Positions 29,818-41,349 of a DNA stretch of 64,000 bases are shown here, piece after piece. A model generated the notes under the pieces. That model made no database searches, had not been told where the DNA came from, and worked only from the letters and a program-made list of their open reading frames with translations. Numbering within the stretch: the stretch's first letter is position 1; every line of letters begins with the position of its first letter. The stretch comes from a plasmid. The translations under genes and the position numbers were made by a program. The stretch lies in sequence record NZ_CP092205.1; one strand, written 5' to 3'.

Positions 29818-30105
29818 ATGAAAAAACCGAATATCGATTGGCAAAAAGAGTTTGAAGATTTTTCCAAAAGCGGACTTTCCCAGCCTCAGTATTGTAAAGA
29901 AAAAGGGATTAAATATACGACGTTTCGTTACCATTGGGAGAGACGATTAAAAAAACAGGACAAAGACGGCTTTGTAGAAGTGCCTCACTCAGCATTAAAC
30001 GTTAGCTCTGCTTCAGGGTCTGAATTTTTGACTCTAAAAATAGATTCGTCAGGTAAGGCGCATCTTCAAATGAATCTTCAGTTTAGTCTTGGTATATGGA
30101 GCTAA
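29818..30105 (+). CDS. tnpA: IS66-family accessory protein TnpA (95 aa)
   Basis: First small ORF of the IS66 three-gene unit. Confidence 0.7.
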   Translation: MKKPNIDWQKEFEDFSKSGLSQPQYCKEKGIKYTTFRYHWERRLKKQDKDGFVEVPHSALNVSSASGSEFLTLKIDSSGKAHLQMNLQFSLGIWS

Positions 30106-30443
30106 ACCCGGGTAGCAGAAAAGTGTATTTGAGACCTGGGGTCACAGATTTAAGGAAGTCAATCAATACACTTGCGATCATCGTAGAGGGCAGAATGAAG
30201 AAGGACCCATATTCAGAGAGCCTATTTTTATTCTGCAATCGTAAGAAGGACAAACTGAAAATGCTTTATTGGGACAAGAGTGGATTTTGTCTTTGGCAGA
30301 AGAGATTGGAAGAAAGCAAATTTCCGTGGCCGAACACGGAGGAAGAAGTTCAAAAGATTCCCGTGGAAAGATTTCATTGGCTATTGAACGGAATTGATTT
30401 TTTCAAGGAACACAAGAAACTAAAATATCAGAAAGTAAGCTGA
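30096..30443 (+). CDS. tnpB: IS66-family protein TnpB (115 aa)
   Basis: About 115 aa, overlapping tnpA. Conserved RPGVTDLRKSINTLA-type segment typical of IS66 Orf2. Confidence 0.7.
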   Translation: MELNPGSRKVYLRPGVTDLRKSINTLAIIVEGRMKKDPYSESLFLFCNRKKDKLKMLYWDKSGFCLWQKRLEESKFPWPNTEEEVQKIPVERFHWLLNGIDFFKEHKKLKYQKVS

Positions 30444-30485
30444 AACGATTGACTAAAACTTTGTGTTGATTACAACTTCATCATC

Positions 30486-32147
<1,662 letters not shown>

Positions 32148-33141
32148 TCGCTTACGGACTTTCTAATGATCTTGGAAATCCAGGAATACAGCTAGTTTCA
32201 AATGGTTCGATAGTGAGTGTGATTCGCTCTCTTGCGACGGCCGCAAAATCCTATTTTTTACCCGATAAAAACGGAACGATTGCCTTAGATGATCCGTTCA
32301 TCGGTGCGACTGATACGATCAACGGAGCGAAAGGTTTAGTACCCGTTCCACTCATTGCAGACAGAGAACGTTTCTTATCCGGAGACGGAACGTGGAGAAC
32401 AAATTTTGGATCTCTTAAAAATTCAATACTTCAAAATGGATCTTATACCGCCTCCAAATACGAGCGAGTATTGTGCGATGTCTCGGGAGGTAGTATTTCA
32501 ATTACTCTTCCGCTAAGTCCCGATGACAACGTAGTCGTTGGAATTTTAGACATTTCGAATTTAGCCGGAACTCACACGATCACTGTTTTAAGAAACGGCC
32601 AACTGATCGAAGATCTGCCTGAAGACTGGCAATTAGATTTAGACGGTGGATATTGGGAACTTGCCTACTCCGCTCAAAGAGGAAGCTGGTATTTTCTTTC
32701 CATTCCAGCGTATAACAACGTTTCTCCTTCCAGTGGTTTTATCACGGATTCTCCACTTTTTACCGAAACCTCTCTTTCTCCTTCCGCAAGAGCGGTCAAA
32801 CAATACGCCGACACACAAGATTTAATTGTAATTCAAAGTGTTGCGTTAGTCGGCACCATGCAAGAAGGATCCGGGAATGCACCTGTAGGCACTCTTGTAA
32901 AAAACGCTTGGTTTGAAGGAACAACCGACTCGTCCGGTCTTTGTTCGGTTTCTACAGGTCTCGGAAATAATATTTTATCTGTGATCGCTTCCGTCAGTGA
33001 CGGATCCGGGAAATGGTTTTCCATTTCAACATCGGGAGGTGCGAACACACTCTTTTATAACGATTCAGGTCATGTGTCGTTTCAATTCAGTGGGAATCCA
33101 CTCTTTCAAATGCGCGCGGTAAGATTCAAGGTTGAACACAA

Positions 33142-34506
33142 GTGAAATCTTTTAAAAACGATTATTTAAAAGACAACGCTCTACGTGCATACATTGACAA
33201 TCTTGTATCTGCGGAAGTATCAGCCAGAGTGAATGCGATCGCTTCGTTACAATCTTCGATCAATGCAAAAATAAATTCTTCATTAATAGCTGTTCAAAAC
33301 GGTCTCGCGACTCTCGATACAAATGGGATTTTATCTTTAAGTCAACGGCCTGCGGTTGTCGGTGGAGGAAACGTATTTATCTTTCGACCGGGAGAGCCGA
33401 CTCCATCCGGAAATGTATATAACGACTGGACAACGATGATGTCCGCGACATTCAATATTCAAGGATTAAAATACATTCAATTCGACGACTCTCTCCAAGG
33501 AATTGTTGTTCCGGTAGATAACGTAAATTTTTCTGAATTCATTTTACTTTCCAGGTACAAAAAGGCAACGTATACCGATGTTTCTTTTGCATCCGGGTTT
33601 TTACTCAGTACATGGCCTTTAGAGATCAGAGGATTAAATCTCAAATTCGCATCCCATTTTAACGATAACTCGGGAACAAATTCGTTCTCCATGATCGACG
33701 CAAGTATTCAATACAATGGAACCAGTTCGAACGGGATCGATTTTTATATCGGTTCTTTAACTATTTTCATGCAAAACTCCCAAATCGTCGGACCAGGGAA
33801 TTCTCTGTTTTCTCTAAATAATCGGCTTCTTGGAATCTTCACTTTTACGGGGATCTGTAATGTTGAAACAAATTTAATCAAGAGTAACTCGTCAGGTTCT
33901 TTAAACGTTACAAATTACGGAGCTTCCGGTCTTATCAATGGAAATGTCGTACAATCTCAAAGTTTATTCTTGGGAACTCGCACGGATATTGATCTTGTAC
34001 ATACTTTAGAAAAAACGATTTCCTCGAAAGGACAACTGATTACACGCAACGGATCGGGAAACTTTGTAGCCTTTCCGGTCGGTGCAGACAACGAGTTACT
34101 CGCGTATGACTCTTCAACCGCATCCGGTCTAAAGACAGTTCCTCCTCCAAGTGCATTGAATACACCCGGAATGAAAACGGTTACGGATTACGTGAGACAA
34201 TCTTCACCCGTAACAGCTCTTCTTACCGCGGGGAGTAAGACGATCGATTGTTCCAGTGCAAATCTATTCAGAATCACAGGAGGAACCGCGACAATCACAC
34301 TTTCAAATCTAACGGAGAACGAAGTTGTAAATATAGTCTTTGAAACAATAGGTTCTGCATATACAATCACTTGGGCCGGTGGAACTTTCCTTTGGCCGGG
34401 GGCAACAGTTCCGACCCCAACCTCTACGGCTTCCAGAAAAGATATTTTTACTTTTATTAAAATCAATGGTCAAATTTTCGGATCGGCCGTTTTAAACATG
34501 GGTTAA
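33142..34506 (+). CDS. tail fibre-like protein (454 aa; Asn/Ser/Gly-rich beta-rich)
   Basis: Composition. Overlaps the upstream disrupted tail gene by 4 nt. Confidence 0.35.
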   Translation: MKSFKNDYLKDNALRAYIDNLVSAEVSARVNAIASLQSSINAKINSSLIAVQNGLATLDTNGILSLSQRPAVVGGGNVFIFRPGEPTPSGNVYNDWTTMMSATFNIQGLKYIQFDDSLQGIVVPVDNVNFSEFILLSRYKKATYTDVSFASGFLLSTWPLEIRGLNLKFASHFNDNSGTNSFSMIDASIQYNGTSSNGIDFYIGSLTIFMQNSQIVGPGNSLFSLNNRLLGIFTFTGICNVETNLIKSNSSGSLNVTNYGASGLINGNVVQSQSLFLGTRTDIDLVHTLEKTISSKGQLITRNGSGNFVAFPVGADNELLAYDSSTASGLKTVPPPSALNTPGMKTVTDYVRQSSPVTALLTAGSKTIDCSSANLFRITGGTATITLSNLTENEVVNIVFETIGSAYTITWAGGTFLWPGATVPTPTSTASRKDIFTFIKINGQIFGSAVLNMG

Positions 34507-34510
34507 ACGA

Positions 34511-35601
34511 ATGTTTCTTCCTTTCGGATTTTTTAAAAATCAAGTTCCAAAACCGATCTTAGATCCAGCATATCCTAGCGGAGGAGTTGGAAACTATATC
34601 AAAGCAATGGTTCAATCCGGAAATACGATTTTTGTCGGAGGATATTTCACATCGATCGGTGGACAAACGAGGAATCGTATTGCGGCAATCGACGCAACAA
34701 CCGGAAACGTTCTCTCTTGGTATCCGACAGGCGGCGCAAATTCCGACGTATTGGGAATGGCTTTGAATGGAAATACTCTCTATGTAGCCGGTCGATCGGA
34801 GGAGTTACGCGAAACGGAATTACAGCGTTAGACGCAACGACGGGTGCTGTCTTATCCTGGTATCCAACAGGTGGACTTGGAGGTAGCATGGTAGGAAAGT
34901 GTTTAGTTCTTTCCGGAACTACATTATATATCGGCGGAGCCTTTTCATCGATTGGTGGTACGGCTCGAACAAATATTGGAGCTGTGGATACAAATACAGG
35001 AGCAACCTTGTCTTGGTATCCGACAGGTGGGGTCAATTTTTCTTTAAACGTTTTGTATTTAAGTAACGGAGTCCTTTATTTAGGCGGGGGATTTACTTCT
35101 GTCGGAGGGCAGTCACGTACACTTTTAGCCGCCGTAGATCCGACTACAGGGAGTGTCCTTCCATGGAACCCAACAAATGGCTCTGGAAATAATTACATAT
35201 CTGATATTCTTCGTAGTGGAAATACGGTCTATGTTGGAGGGACATTTATTTCTCTAAATAGTACATTACGATTTGGAATTGCCGCGATCAATGCAACTAC
35301 GGGAGCAATCCTTTCTTGGTACCCGGATTTAAACGGTGGTCAAGTCACTGGTCTTGCGATAAACGGAACGTCTTTGTATATAACGGGATTATTTTCAACA
35401 GTCAACGGAGTTGCAAGAAATAGAATTGCCGCAGTCAGTACGATAAATGCGGGAACTCTCCCCTGGTATCCAGTGGGTGGAGTCGATTCAGGTGTGGATT
35501 CATCGTATGCGTTAAATGACAATACTTGGTGGTTAGCGGGTGGTTTCGCAACAGTCGGAGGACAAACCCGCGCTCGAATCGCAAAATTAAATCTTTCGTA
35601 A
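34511..35601 (+). pseudogene. beta-propeller repeat protein (about 8 tandem ~44-aa repeats carrying LSWYPTGG motifs), frameshifted near 34790-34800
   Basis: ORFs 34511..34831 and 34717..35601 are in different frames. Both encode the same repeat family (..IAAIDATTGNVLSWYPTGG.., ..ITALDATTGAVLSWYPTGG..). The repeat unit is truncated at the junction (YVAG / SIGGV). Confidence 0.45.
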
Positions 35602-35628
35602 CGGGAAGAATTTTTTAAACAAAATATT

Positions 35629-37257
35629 CTAAAAAACTAAATCCTTGTCCGGTTCAAATTCCTCTTCGAATTCTTCATTTGACTCTTCGTCGTCTATCCC
35701 GTTTTCATTTTGTTCGGGATTTTCATCATATCCCATTTCAGAATAATCCTGACTTTGAACAGCTCCCGTAGCGTTTTGCTGGATTTGCATCATATTCTGT
35801 TGAAAAATTGGATTTAATATGAGGGCTCCTGCCATTTTGTAATCTTCAACCGGAACGCCATAGAGATCGGCGAGTGTTTCGCCCACTGTCGGATCATCTT
35901 GTGCAATTCGAATTTCATCCACGAGTTTCCAATTCATTACTTCGTCTTTTTGTTTTTGAATTTTATCCTTCTCATCTTCCGGATCCTTTCCGCTAAATTC
36001 GCAAACAATCCCTCCGAAATCATCTTCCCGAAAATTTTTGAGTCTCGTAAACGCAGATTCAAAGTAAGTTAAAAGACTAAGTTTAGCACGAGTCATCGAG
36101 TGCTTGCTTTTTTCGGTTTGGTTTGCTTCTGATAAAGATTGTGAACCGATAAGACGCAAGCCTAATTCCGATTGATCCATTCCATGGCCCATGAGTACAA
36201 GACTCACGCACCACTGCATGAGATCTTTAAATACCATTTCATTCGGAATGTTGAGTGGTGTCCATTTTACCTCACCCGCAGAAGTACCCAAAATCGGAAT
36301 GCGATGGGAGTCATCGAGGCCTGAAATCATTTCTTGCCATTGAAGCTGAAGAGAATCTAACGCTTCTTGGCTGATATCACCTTGGAAAGAGAGATAACCG
36401 TAAGGATGTTGTCTGGAAAACGTATCTCGATTGAATTTTAGAGAATTGATAACGCCAACAAGATCGAGCATACAGGCCTCTAATGGAGAAAAGCCAAAGC
36501 CCCTCATGGAAACGTCTGAAAGATGATTTTTGTGAAGCCAAAGAATTTCGTTCGCTCCAAACGTCTCGACTATGTTGTCATCGATGATTTGAACATACGC
36601 AATGGAACGATCTCCTCTGTACCCTTTTGCGGGATCCACGGGAAAAATTGTCGCAGGATCCAAATATCTGATTTCGATTAACTTGCCGAAGGGATTAAAA
36701 ATTAGAAAAAACGCGATTGAATCGATAGTGAGAGTATCTCTCGTCATCATTTCGAAAACAGAACCTAGGTGATCGCGATTTGCCCAACCGGCCGTTAAAT
36801 CACCCATCTTATCAAACCATTTACCGCATCGTTTCATACGAGTGCTGATTTCATCCGTTACCTCTTCATCCTCGTCTTCCATTCGAAACCACAAACCACA
36901 TTTGGAACTGATCCGCGCAAACTTACTCAAGTCCTCAACGCGAACCGTATGAATTGCAGAAATCAAAGAAGTGCCGTAACTGGCACTGCGAAGATGAGGA
37001 ATAGGGATTCTCCAAGTCGGCCGCAACTGAATCCCATCTCGGATTTGTTGCATCTGATCGTAGTTATATACGGGATTACGGCCGGCGACTTCCGGAGTGT
37101 TCACTTGACCGAACCAGGATTTAGCAAGGTGTAAGAGTCTTTGATTGATCTTTTCGTTTTTAAGTCCGATCTCTTTGGAACGTTCCAGTCTGATTCTCTT
37201 TTCAAGATTCTTTTCATAATCATTTCCACGCGGCCGGCCTTTCCCTTGTTTCACCAT
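35629..37257 (-). CDS. putative phage portal protein (542 aa) with acidic C-terminal tail
   Basis: Size, overall character and the Asp/Glu-rich C-terminus (DDEESNEEFEEEFEPD). Orientation is opposite to the surrounding genes. Confidence 0.4.
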   Translation of the reverse strand: MVKQGKGRPRGNDYEKNLEKRIRLERSKEIGLKNEKINQRLLHLAKSWFGQVNTPEVAGRNPVYNYDQMQQIRDGIQLRPTWRIPIPHLRSASYGTSLISAIHTVRVEDLSKFARISSKCGLWFRMEDEDEEVTDEISTRMKRCGKWFDKMGDLTAGWANRDHLGSVFEMMTRDTLTIDSIAFFLIFNPFGKLIEIRYLDPATIFPVDPAKGYRGDRSIAYVQIIDDNIVETFGANEILWLHKNHLSDVSMRGFGFSPLEACMLDLVGVINSLKFNRDTFSRQHPYGYLSFQGDISQEALDSLQLQWQEMISGLDDSHRIPILGTSAGEVKWTPLNIPNEMVFKDLMQWCVSLVLMGHGMDQSELGLRLIGSQSLSEANQTEKSKHSMTRAKLSLLTYFESAFTRLKNFREDDFGGIVCEFSGKDPEDEKDKIQKQKDEVMNWKLVDEIRIAQDDPTVGETLADLYGVPVEDYKMAGALILNPIFQQNMMQIQQNATGAVQSQDYSEMGYDENPEQNENGIDDEESNEEFEEEFEPDKDLVF

Positions 37258-37398
37258 AAACGCGAGTATATGAAAAAAGAATTTATCGGATTATTTTTTT
37301 CCGGTTTTTTCCGCTGGGAAAAATAGGTTTCGTCGCAAATCCCTATCGGCTCAGAGTACACATATCTTTTTCCGATATTCTTTTTTTAGAGTAAGATT

Positions 37399-37710
37399 GT
37401 GTTCATGAGTAGGAAATCGATCACCCTGCAAGACATAGGGCGTATTCAATATCAAAATCAATTCACAGTTTTGGGAACGGAAAGTTTAAACGATTCCGGA
37501 AGATTGTATTATATAACCAATATACACGCGTTAGGTGACTGGACAATTTTCGTTAAAGGGAACAACGCCGATCAAAAACTCACGAATTATTCCCGGTCTG
37601 GCACGGGAGACTTTCAATTTTTTCTTCCTCTTTGCGTATCGGAAGCCTCTTTCTCCGGAGTAATCGAAGTATCCGGATTTTGGGTGAATGCCTCTCTAGT
37701 GTCGCACTGA
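37399..37710 (+). CDS. phage hypothetical protein (103 aa)
   Basis: ORF only. Confidence 0.25.
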   Translation: MFMSRKSITLQDIGRIQYQNQFTVLGTESLNDSGRLYYITNIHALGDWTIFVKGNNADQKLTNYSRSGTGDFQFFLPLCVSEASFSGVIEVSGFWVNASLVSH

Positions 37711-37711
37711 T

Positions 37712-38173
37712 ATGTTCAATAGTACAAACTTAGTAAAGAAAAAGGTTCTCGTACATGGAAAAGGTGGGGATTACATGGCCTACCGAAATACGAAAACCGG
37801 AAGCGACGTTTTAACTCCAAGAGAGAAGAAAGTTGAAGTTGCAAAAAATCAAAGAAACCGAATTCAACACTCAAGTCTCCACAACGAAAAAGAAAAAGTA
37901 CTCATTCAAGAAATGACAGAACGTCACAAAGCCTTTGAAACCGAAGCTCGTGAACAAAGAAAAACATACGGAGCCGGTCCTAAACTCCCGAGACCAGGCA
38001 TGATTATGAGAGTCTACGCAAAAGGACGGGCAAACGTCGGAGGGATGCTCGCAAAAGTAAAACAAGTCGCAGAAGACGGAAAGACAGTAATTTGCGAACT
38101 GACTTCAGGAAAAACATATTCTCTTCCGATCGATCATCTTGAATTTGCAAAGTCTCAAATCTTCTCCGATTAA
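37712..38173 (+). CDS. phage hypothetical protein (153 aa, basic)
   Basis: ORF, 1-nt gap to the preceding gene. Confidence 0.25.
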   Translation: MFNSTNLVKKKVLVHGKGGDYMAYRNTKTGSDVLTPREKKVEVAKNQRNRIQHSSLHNEKEKVLIQEMTERHKAFETEAREQRKTYGAGPKLPRPGMIMRVYAKGRANVGGMLAKVKQVAEDGKTVICELTSGKTYSLPIDHLEFAKSQIFSD

Positions 38174-38256
38174 TTCAACTGGCCCTATATTGGAGGAGTG
38201 AATTCCAAAACAGTACGTCATTCTAACATTCAAGAAAAATACTATCGAGAGTTCCG

Positions 38257-39198
38257 ATGAGTTTCGGATACGACGGCGACTTAAATCAACAGTCCGAAGA
38301 TTACGAATATCACGACCTGTCCGCTCGAATTTATCCCGAAGTACAGGCGAGTGGCAAACCTCTCCCAAATTGGGGAACTTTAATCCATCCGGATGAACTT
38401 CGCCGAATCGTTTTTTTCGGAAACGAACCTCTCCTAACAACACGCGGAACTCAATTGGAAGATTTTCAGTTAAAGAATTGGGTCGATCAAACGATTCGCG
38501 CTTTTGCAAACGAAATCGATTGGGATATTTATCCCAGGCTTTTTAGAAGCAGACCTCTTCCCGGACAAAATGGAAGATTCGATTTAGAACCGAATAGCGG
38601 CAGTATCGAAGATTATGCAGAATGGGATGATGTTTACGATTATGATTCCACGAAAGGAACAAACTTCTTTTTAAAATTAAGAAGGAAGAATTTGTGTCGT
38701 TTGCACCGTTGGGTTCTTACCTATCCTTGGAACGGATCCACATTGATCGATCTAACTCACAAAGCAACGATTCAATACAAAACCGGAGTTCTAAGAGCGG
38801 TCTATACGCGAGCTCCTTGGGGTAATATGCCCATACCGACTATGGGAATTCAAGCATGGCGCGGGATCACCGGTTCAACTGGCACCTTACCGGGAGCGTA
38901 TCAAGTAGATTACACAACCGGATACGATCATGCGTCCCGAGTTCCGAGAGAATTAAAAGATCAAATTTTCAAGTACTTTGCAATCTGTCTTTTGTCTTCC
39001 TACGGAGAAGGGATCATCGGAGGCGTCGCCAATTACTCAACCTCAGTCGGTGTTATTAGCGAAAGTATAGGGACGACGATGAGCGCTGAGAACGCATTTT
39101 TCGGAGCCCGCATCAAACAACTCAGTAATGAGCTTAAAGATTGGTGGAAAACAGGAAAACTCAGATATACGGGAATTAGTTTTGGTGCGTTAGGATAG
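38257..39198 (+). CDS. phage hypothetical protein (313 aa)
   Basis: ORF only. Confidence 0.3.
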   Translation: MSFGYDGDLNQQSEDYEYHDLSARIYPEVQASGKPLPNWGTLIHPDELRRIVFFGNEPLLTTRGTQLEDFQLKNWVDQTIRAFANEIDWDIYPRLFRSRPLPGQNGRFDLEPNSGSIEDYAEWDDVYDYDSTKGTNFFLKLRRKNLCRLHRWVLTYPWNGSTLIDLTHKATIQYKTGVLRAVYTRAPWGNMPIPTMGIQAWRGITGSTGTLPGAYQVDYTTGYDHASRVPRELKDQIFKYFAICLLSSYGEGIIGGVANYSTSVGVISESIGTTMSAENAFFGARIKQLSNELKDWWKTGKLRYTGISFGALG

Positions 39199-39199
39199 C

Positions 39200-39757
39200 A
39201 TGGGAGAAGTGGATCAGTTGTCGGAAGTACAAGACAAAGATATACAAAACTATTTAGGACTTTTCGGAACGATCGCTATGATTTTATCTCAAATTCTTAA
39301 ATGGGGATTTAAAAAATATCGGGAAAAACGAAAAGCGAAAGTATCGGAACTTAACGAACCTTATCCGGTCACAAGTCCGTATTTCAGATCGATCAAAGAA
39401 GTGACAAGACTCGATATTTTTTTAGATCGAAACGTTGCGACAAAGTCTTCGGAATCTTTATACCAGGATCTCATTTCCCTTTATACAAAAGCTAAAGAAA
39501 ACGGAATGGAATCCATCAAAATTGAATTCGCACACTACGGATTTATCAGTTCCGCCGGTGGTACGGCTTTTCTAAAATTCACGGATTACGTTTCCGAGTT
39601 TAACGGAATCAGATTGGTAATAAAGTTCCCGACCGATTCTCCGGATGCGGTGAAGTTATATTTAGATTTACAACTGCATAGAGCGGGGGCCGATTCCGGA
39701 CGAATCGAGCTTTACTTAAATGATTATACGGAATACGTGAAAAATCATACTCCTTAA
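39200..39757 (+). CDS. phage hypothetical protein (185 aa)
   Basis: ORF, 1-nt gap to the preceding gene. Confidence 0.3.
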   Translation: MGEVDQLSEVQDKDIQNYLGLFGTIAMILSQILKWGFKKYREKRKAKVSELNEPYPVTSPYFRSIKEVTRLDIFLDRNVATKSSESLYQDLISLYTKAKENGMESIKIEFAHYGFISSAGGTAFLKFTDYVSEFNGIRLVIKFPTDSPDAVKLYLDLQLHRAGADSGRIELYLNDYTEYVKNHTP

Positions 39758-39795
39758 ACTTCTTCCGATATTCTATTTTCGTTCATCTTTGAAAG

Positions 39796-40476
39796 ATGGA
39801 ATACAATCATTTCATTCCCGCTTTAATAGAAGAAACCAAATCTCGCTACGAAACTACTCAAGAACGAAAGAACTGGCCTAAATTAAATTTTGAAAAGAAT
39901 CACGTTCTGATCGGAGTCAGGGGAATTTCGATCGAAGACAATCAAGTCTTTCTAAACGACAATCAATTCGATCGATTTAACGACATACTTTTTAACATTT
40001 ATCCGGGCGGGAAGTCGTGGGGGAGTCGAGTCGTCACGATGGACCCGGGAAAAGTTTCAAAAGAAATTCTTTTAAAATATGGAATCACCAAAGGAGAAGC
40101 AAGAGCAGAAGAGGGCTTATATCTCGTAAAGATCGGCCTTCATCACGAACACATTGCTTTCAATCAAGCGTCTGCATTTTCTTTTCGTCGGGATGCAAAC
40201 GGAGATCATATTTGGAATCATTTGGATCCTTTATTCAAAGGGTACATTGGAATGAATATTCACGCTCAAGGTATGGAAAAAGATTCTGTAGGCGTGAGTT
40301 CCCTTGGATGCACTGTTACCCGCGCTCATTGGAGTCATCCGGAATGGCTATCTCTTATTTCCGTCTTTCAAGGAGCAGAGCTTGAAGCTCGCCAAAAGGA
40401 CCCGCACTTTCCAGGCTTCTGTTACGCATTGTACGATCAAAAATCTGCTAAGAAAATCTTAGAGGCAAAGGAATGA
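39796..40476 (+). CDS. possible cell-wall hydrolase/endolysin-like protein (226 aa)
   Basis: Position immediately upstream of a 2-TM holin-like ORF and a lipoprotein. His cluster (GLHHEHIAF) and Cys (SSLGCTV) could form a peptidase site. Speculative. Confidence 0.25.
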   Translation: MEYNHFIPALIEETKSRYETTQERKNWPKLNFEKNHVLIGVRGISIEDNQVFLNDNQFDRFNDILFNIYPGGKSWGSRVVTMDPGKVSKEILLKYGITKGEARAEEGLYLVKIGLHHEHIAFNQASAFSFRRDANGDHIWNHLDPLFKGYIGMNIHAQGMEKDSVGVSSLGCTVTRAHWSHPEWLSLISVFQGAELEARQKDPHFPGFCYALYDQKSAKKILEAKE

Positions 40477-40518
40477 GCGATCATTTCCGATATTTGGGAT
40501 CATGTTAAAAATTATGGC

Positions 40519-40857
40519 ATGACCCCGCCATTAAAAGCCAAAGACGTTTTGGGCATTCAACCGGATTCGAAGGAAGCCCGTGAATTAGAATCCAAACTAA
40601 AATACTCGATCATAGTCAACAAAAGTGTTTTCAGGAGAAGTAACCAAGCCTTCTGGCTCGGTTTATTTTTCGTCCTTGTCGGTCTGTATATACTTTATAC
40701 CTCACCCGATCAAAAAATATCCGAGGGTTTTGGTGGAGTCAGTGTTCACGGACTCTTTCTTACTTCCGGAATCGTTCTGATGTCCTGGTTTAAGACGGGC
40801 GAAATTTTGAAAGCCGTCGGTGAGTTTATCTCAAAAGCGAGGGGAGGTAATCCATGA
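40519..40857 (+). CDS. holin-like small membrane protein (112 aa, two hydrophobic helices)
   Basis: Hydrophobic segments AFWLGLFFVLVGLYILY and GLFLTSGIVLMSWF. Overlaps the next ORF (ATGA). Confidence 0.3.
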   Translation: MTPPLKAKDVLGIQPDSKEARELESKLKYSIIVNKSVFRRSNQAFWLGLFFVLVGLYILYTSPDQKISEGFGGVSVHGLFLTSGIVLMSWFKTGEILKAVGEFISKARGGNP

Positions 40858-41291
40858 AACTCGCTTTTATTTTTGCTCTTTGTTTCCTACTTTTTACCTT
40901 CTGTTCTTCGCCTCCACAAGAACCGGTTTTCGATTACAAATCTGAAACTCAAAATTTAAAAGAGAGTCAGTTTAAAAGGAAAAAGATTTCGGATCCTGGA
41001 GAAATGGAACAGATCTGCAACGACAACGAAGCCGGTCGAGCGAGAGCTCTTACAGCGTATTTAAAGATGAAAGAAGTTTCCGACTACTGGAAGAAAGTTG
41101 CTGAGGATCGGAAATCTGACGCGGAATTTGGGCGATCGATCAAGAATTGGATCACCGTGTTTTTGATTGGAGGAGCGGTCTCTTTGTTCGCTGGAATATT
41201 TTTATATGTGTCCGGAATCGGCTCCAAAGCAATCGGAGGTATTTCTAAAATACTTTCCTATTTGCCTTCCAAAGCAAATCCTACAAAATAA
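40854..41291 (+). CDS. lipoprotein with C-terminal TM helix (spanin-like), 145 aa
   Basis: Signal MKLAFIFALCFLLFTFCSS with lipobox-like Cys. C-terminal hydrophobic helix WITVFLIGGAVSLFAGIFLYV. Confidence 0.3.
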   Translation: MKLAFIFALCFLLFTFCSSPPQEPVFDYKSETQNLKESQFKRKKISDPGEMEQICNDNEAGRARALTAYLKMKEVSDYWKKVAEDRKSDAEFGRSIKNWITVFLIGGAVSLFAGIFLYVSGIGSKAIGGISKILSYLPSKANPTK

Positions 41292-41321
41292 TTTTTCCTT
41301 TCCAATACTATTTACTTTTTT

Positions 41322-41349
41322 AGACCCTGAAAAAAGGGTCTTTTTTTAT
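41322..41349 (+). terminator. rho-independent terminator closing the phage-like late/lysis operon
   Basis: agaccc-tgaaaaaa-gggtct hairpin followed by tttttttatt, 30 nt after the stop of 40854..41291. Confidence 0.6.

Noticed and set aside
34647-35522. Long minus-strand ORFs (129 aa and 60 aa) with repeated PPVGYQDK motifs.
   Set aside because: These are antisense shadows of the plus-strand propeller repeats. The periodicity comes from the sense strand.
40017-40385. 122-aa alternate-frame ORF inside the putative endolysin gene.
   Set aside because: It is nested in a longer same-strand ORF, is Arg/Ser-rich and has low complexity. It is most likely non-coding.
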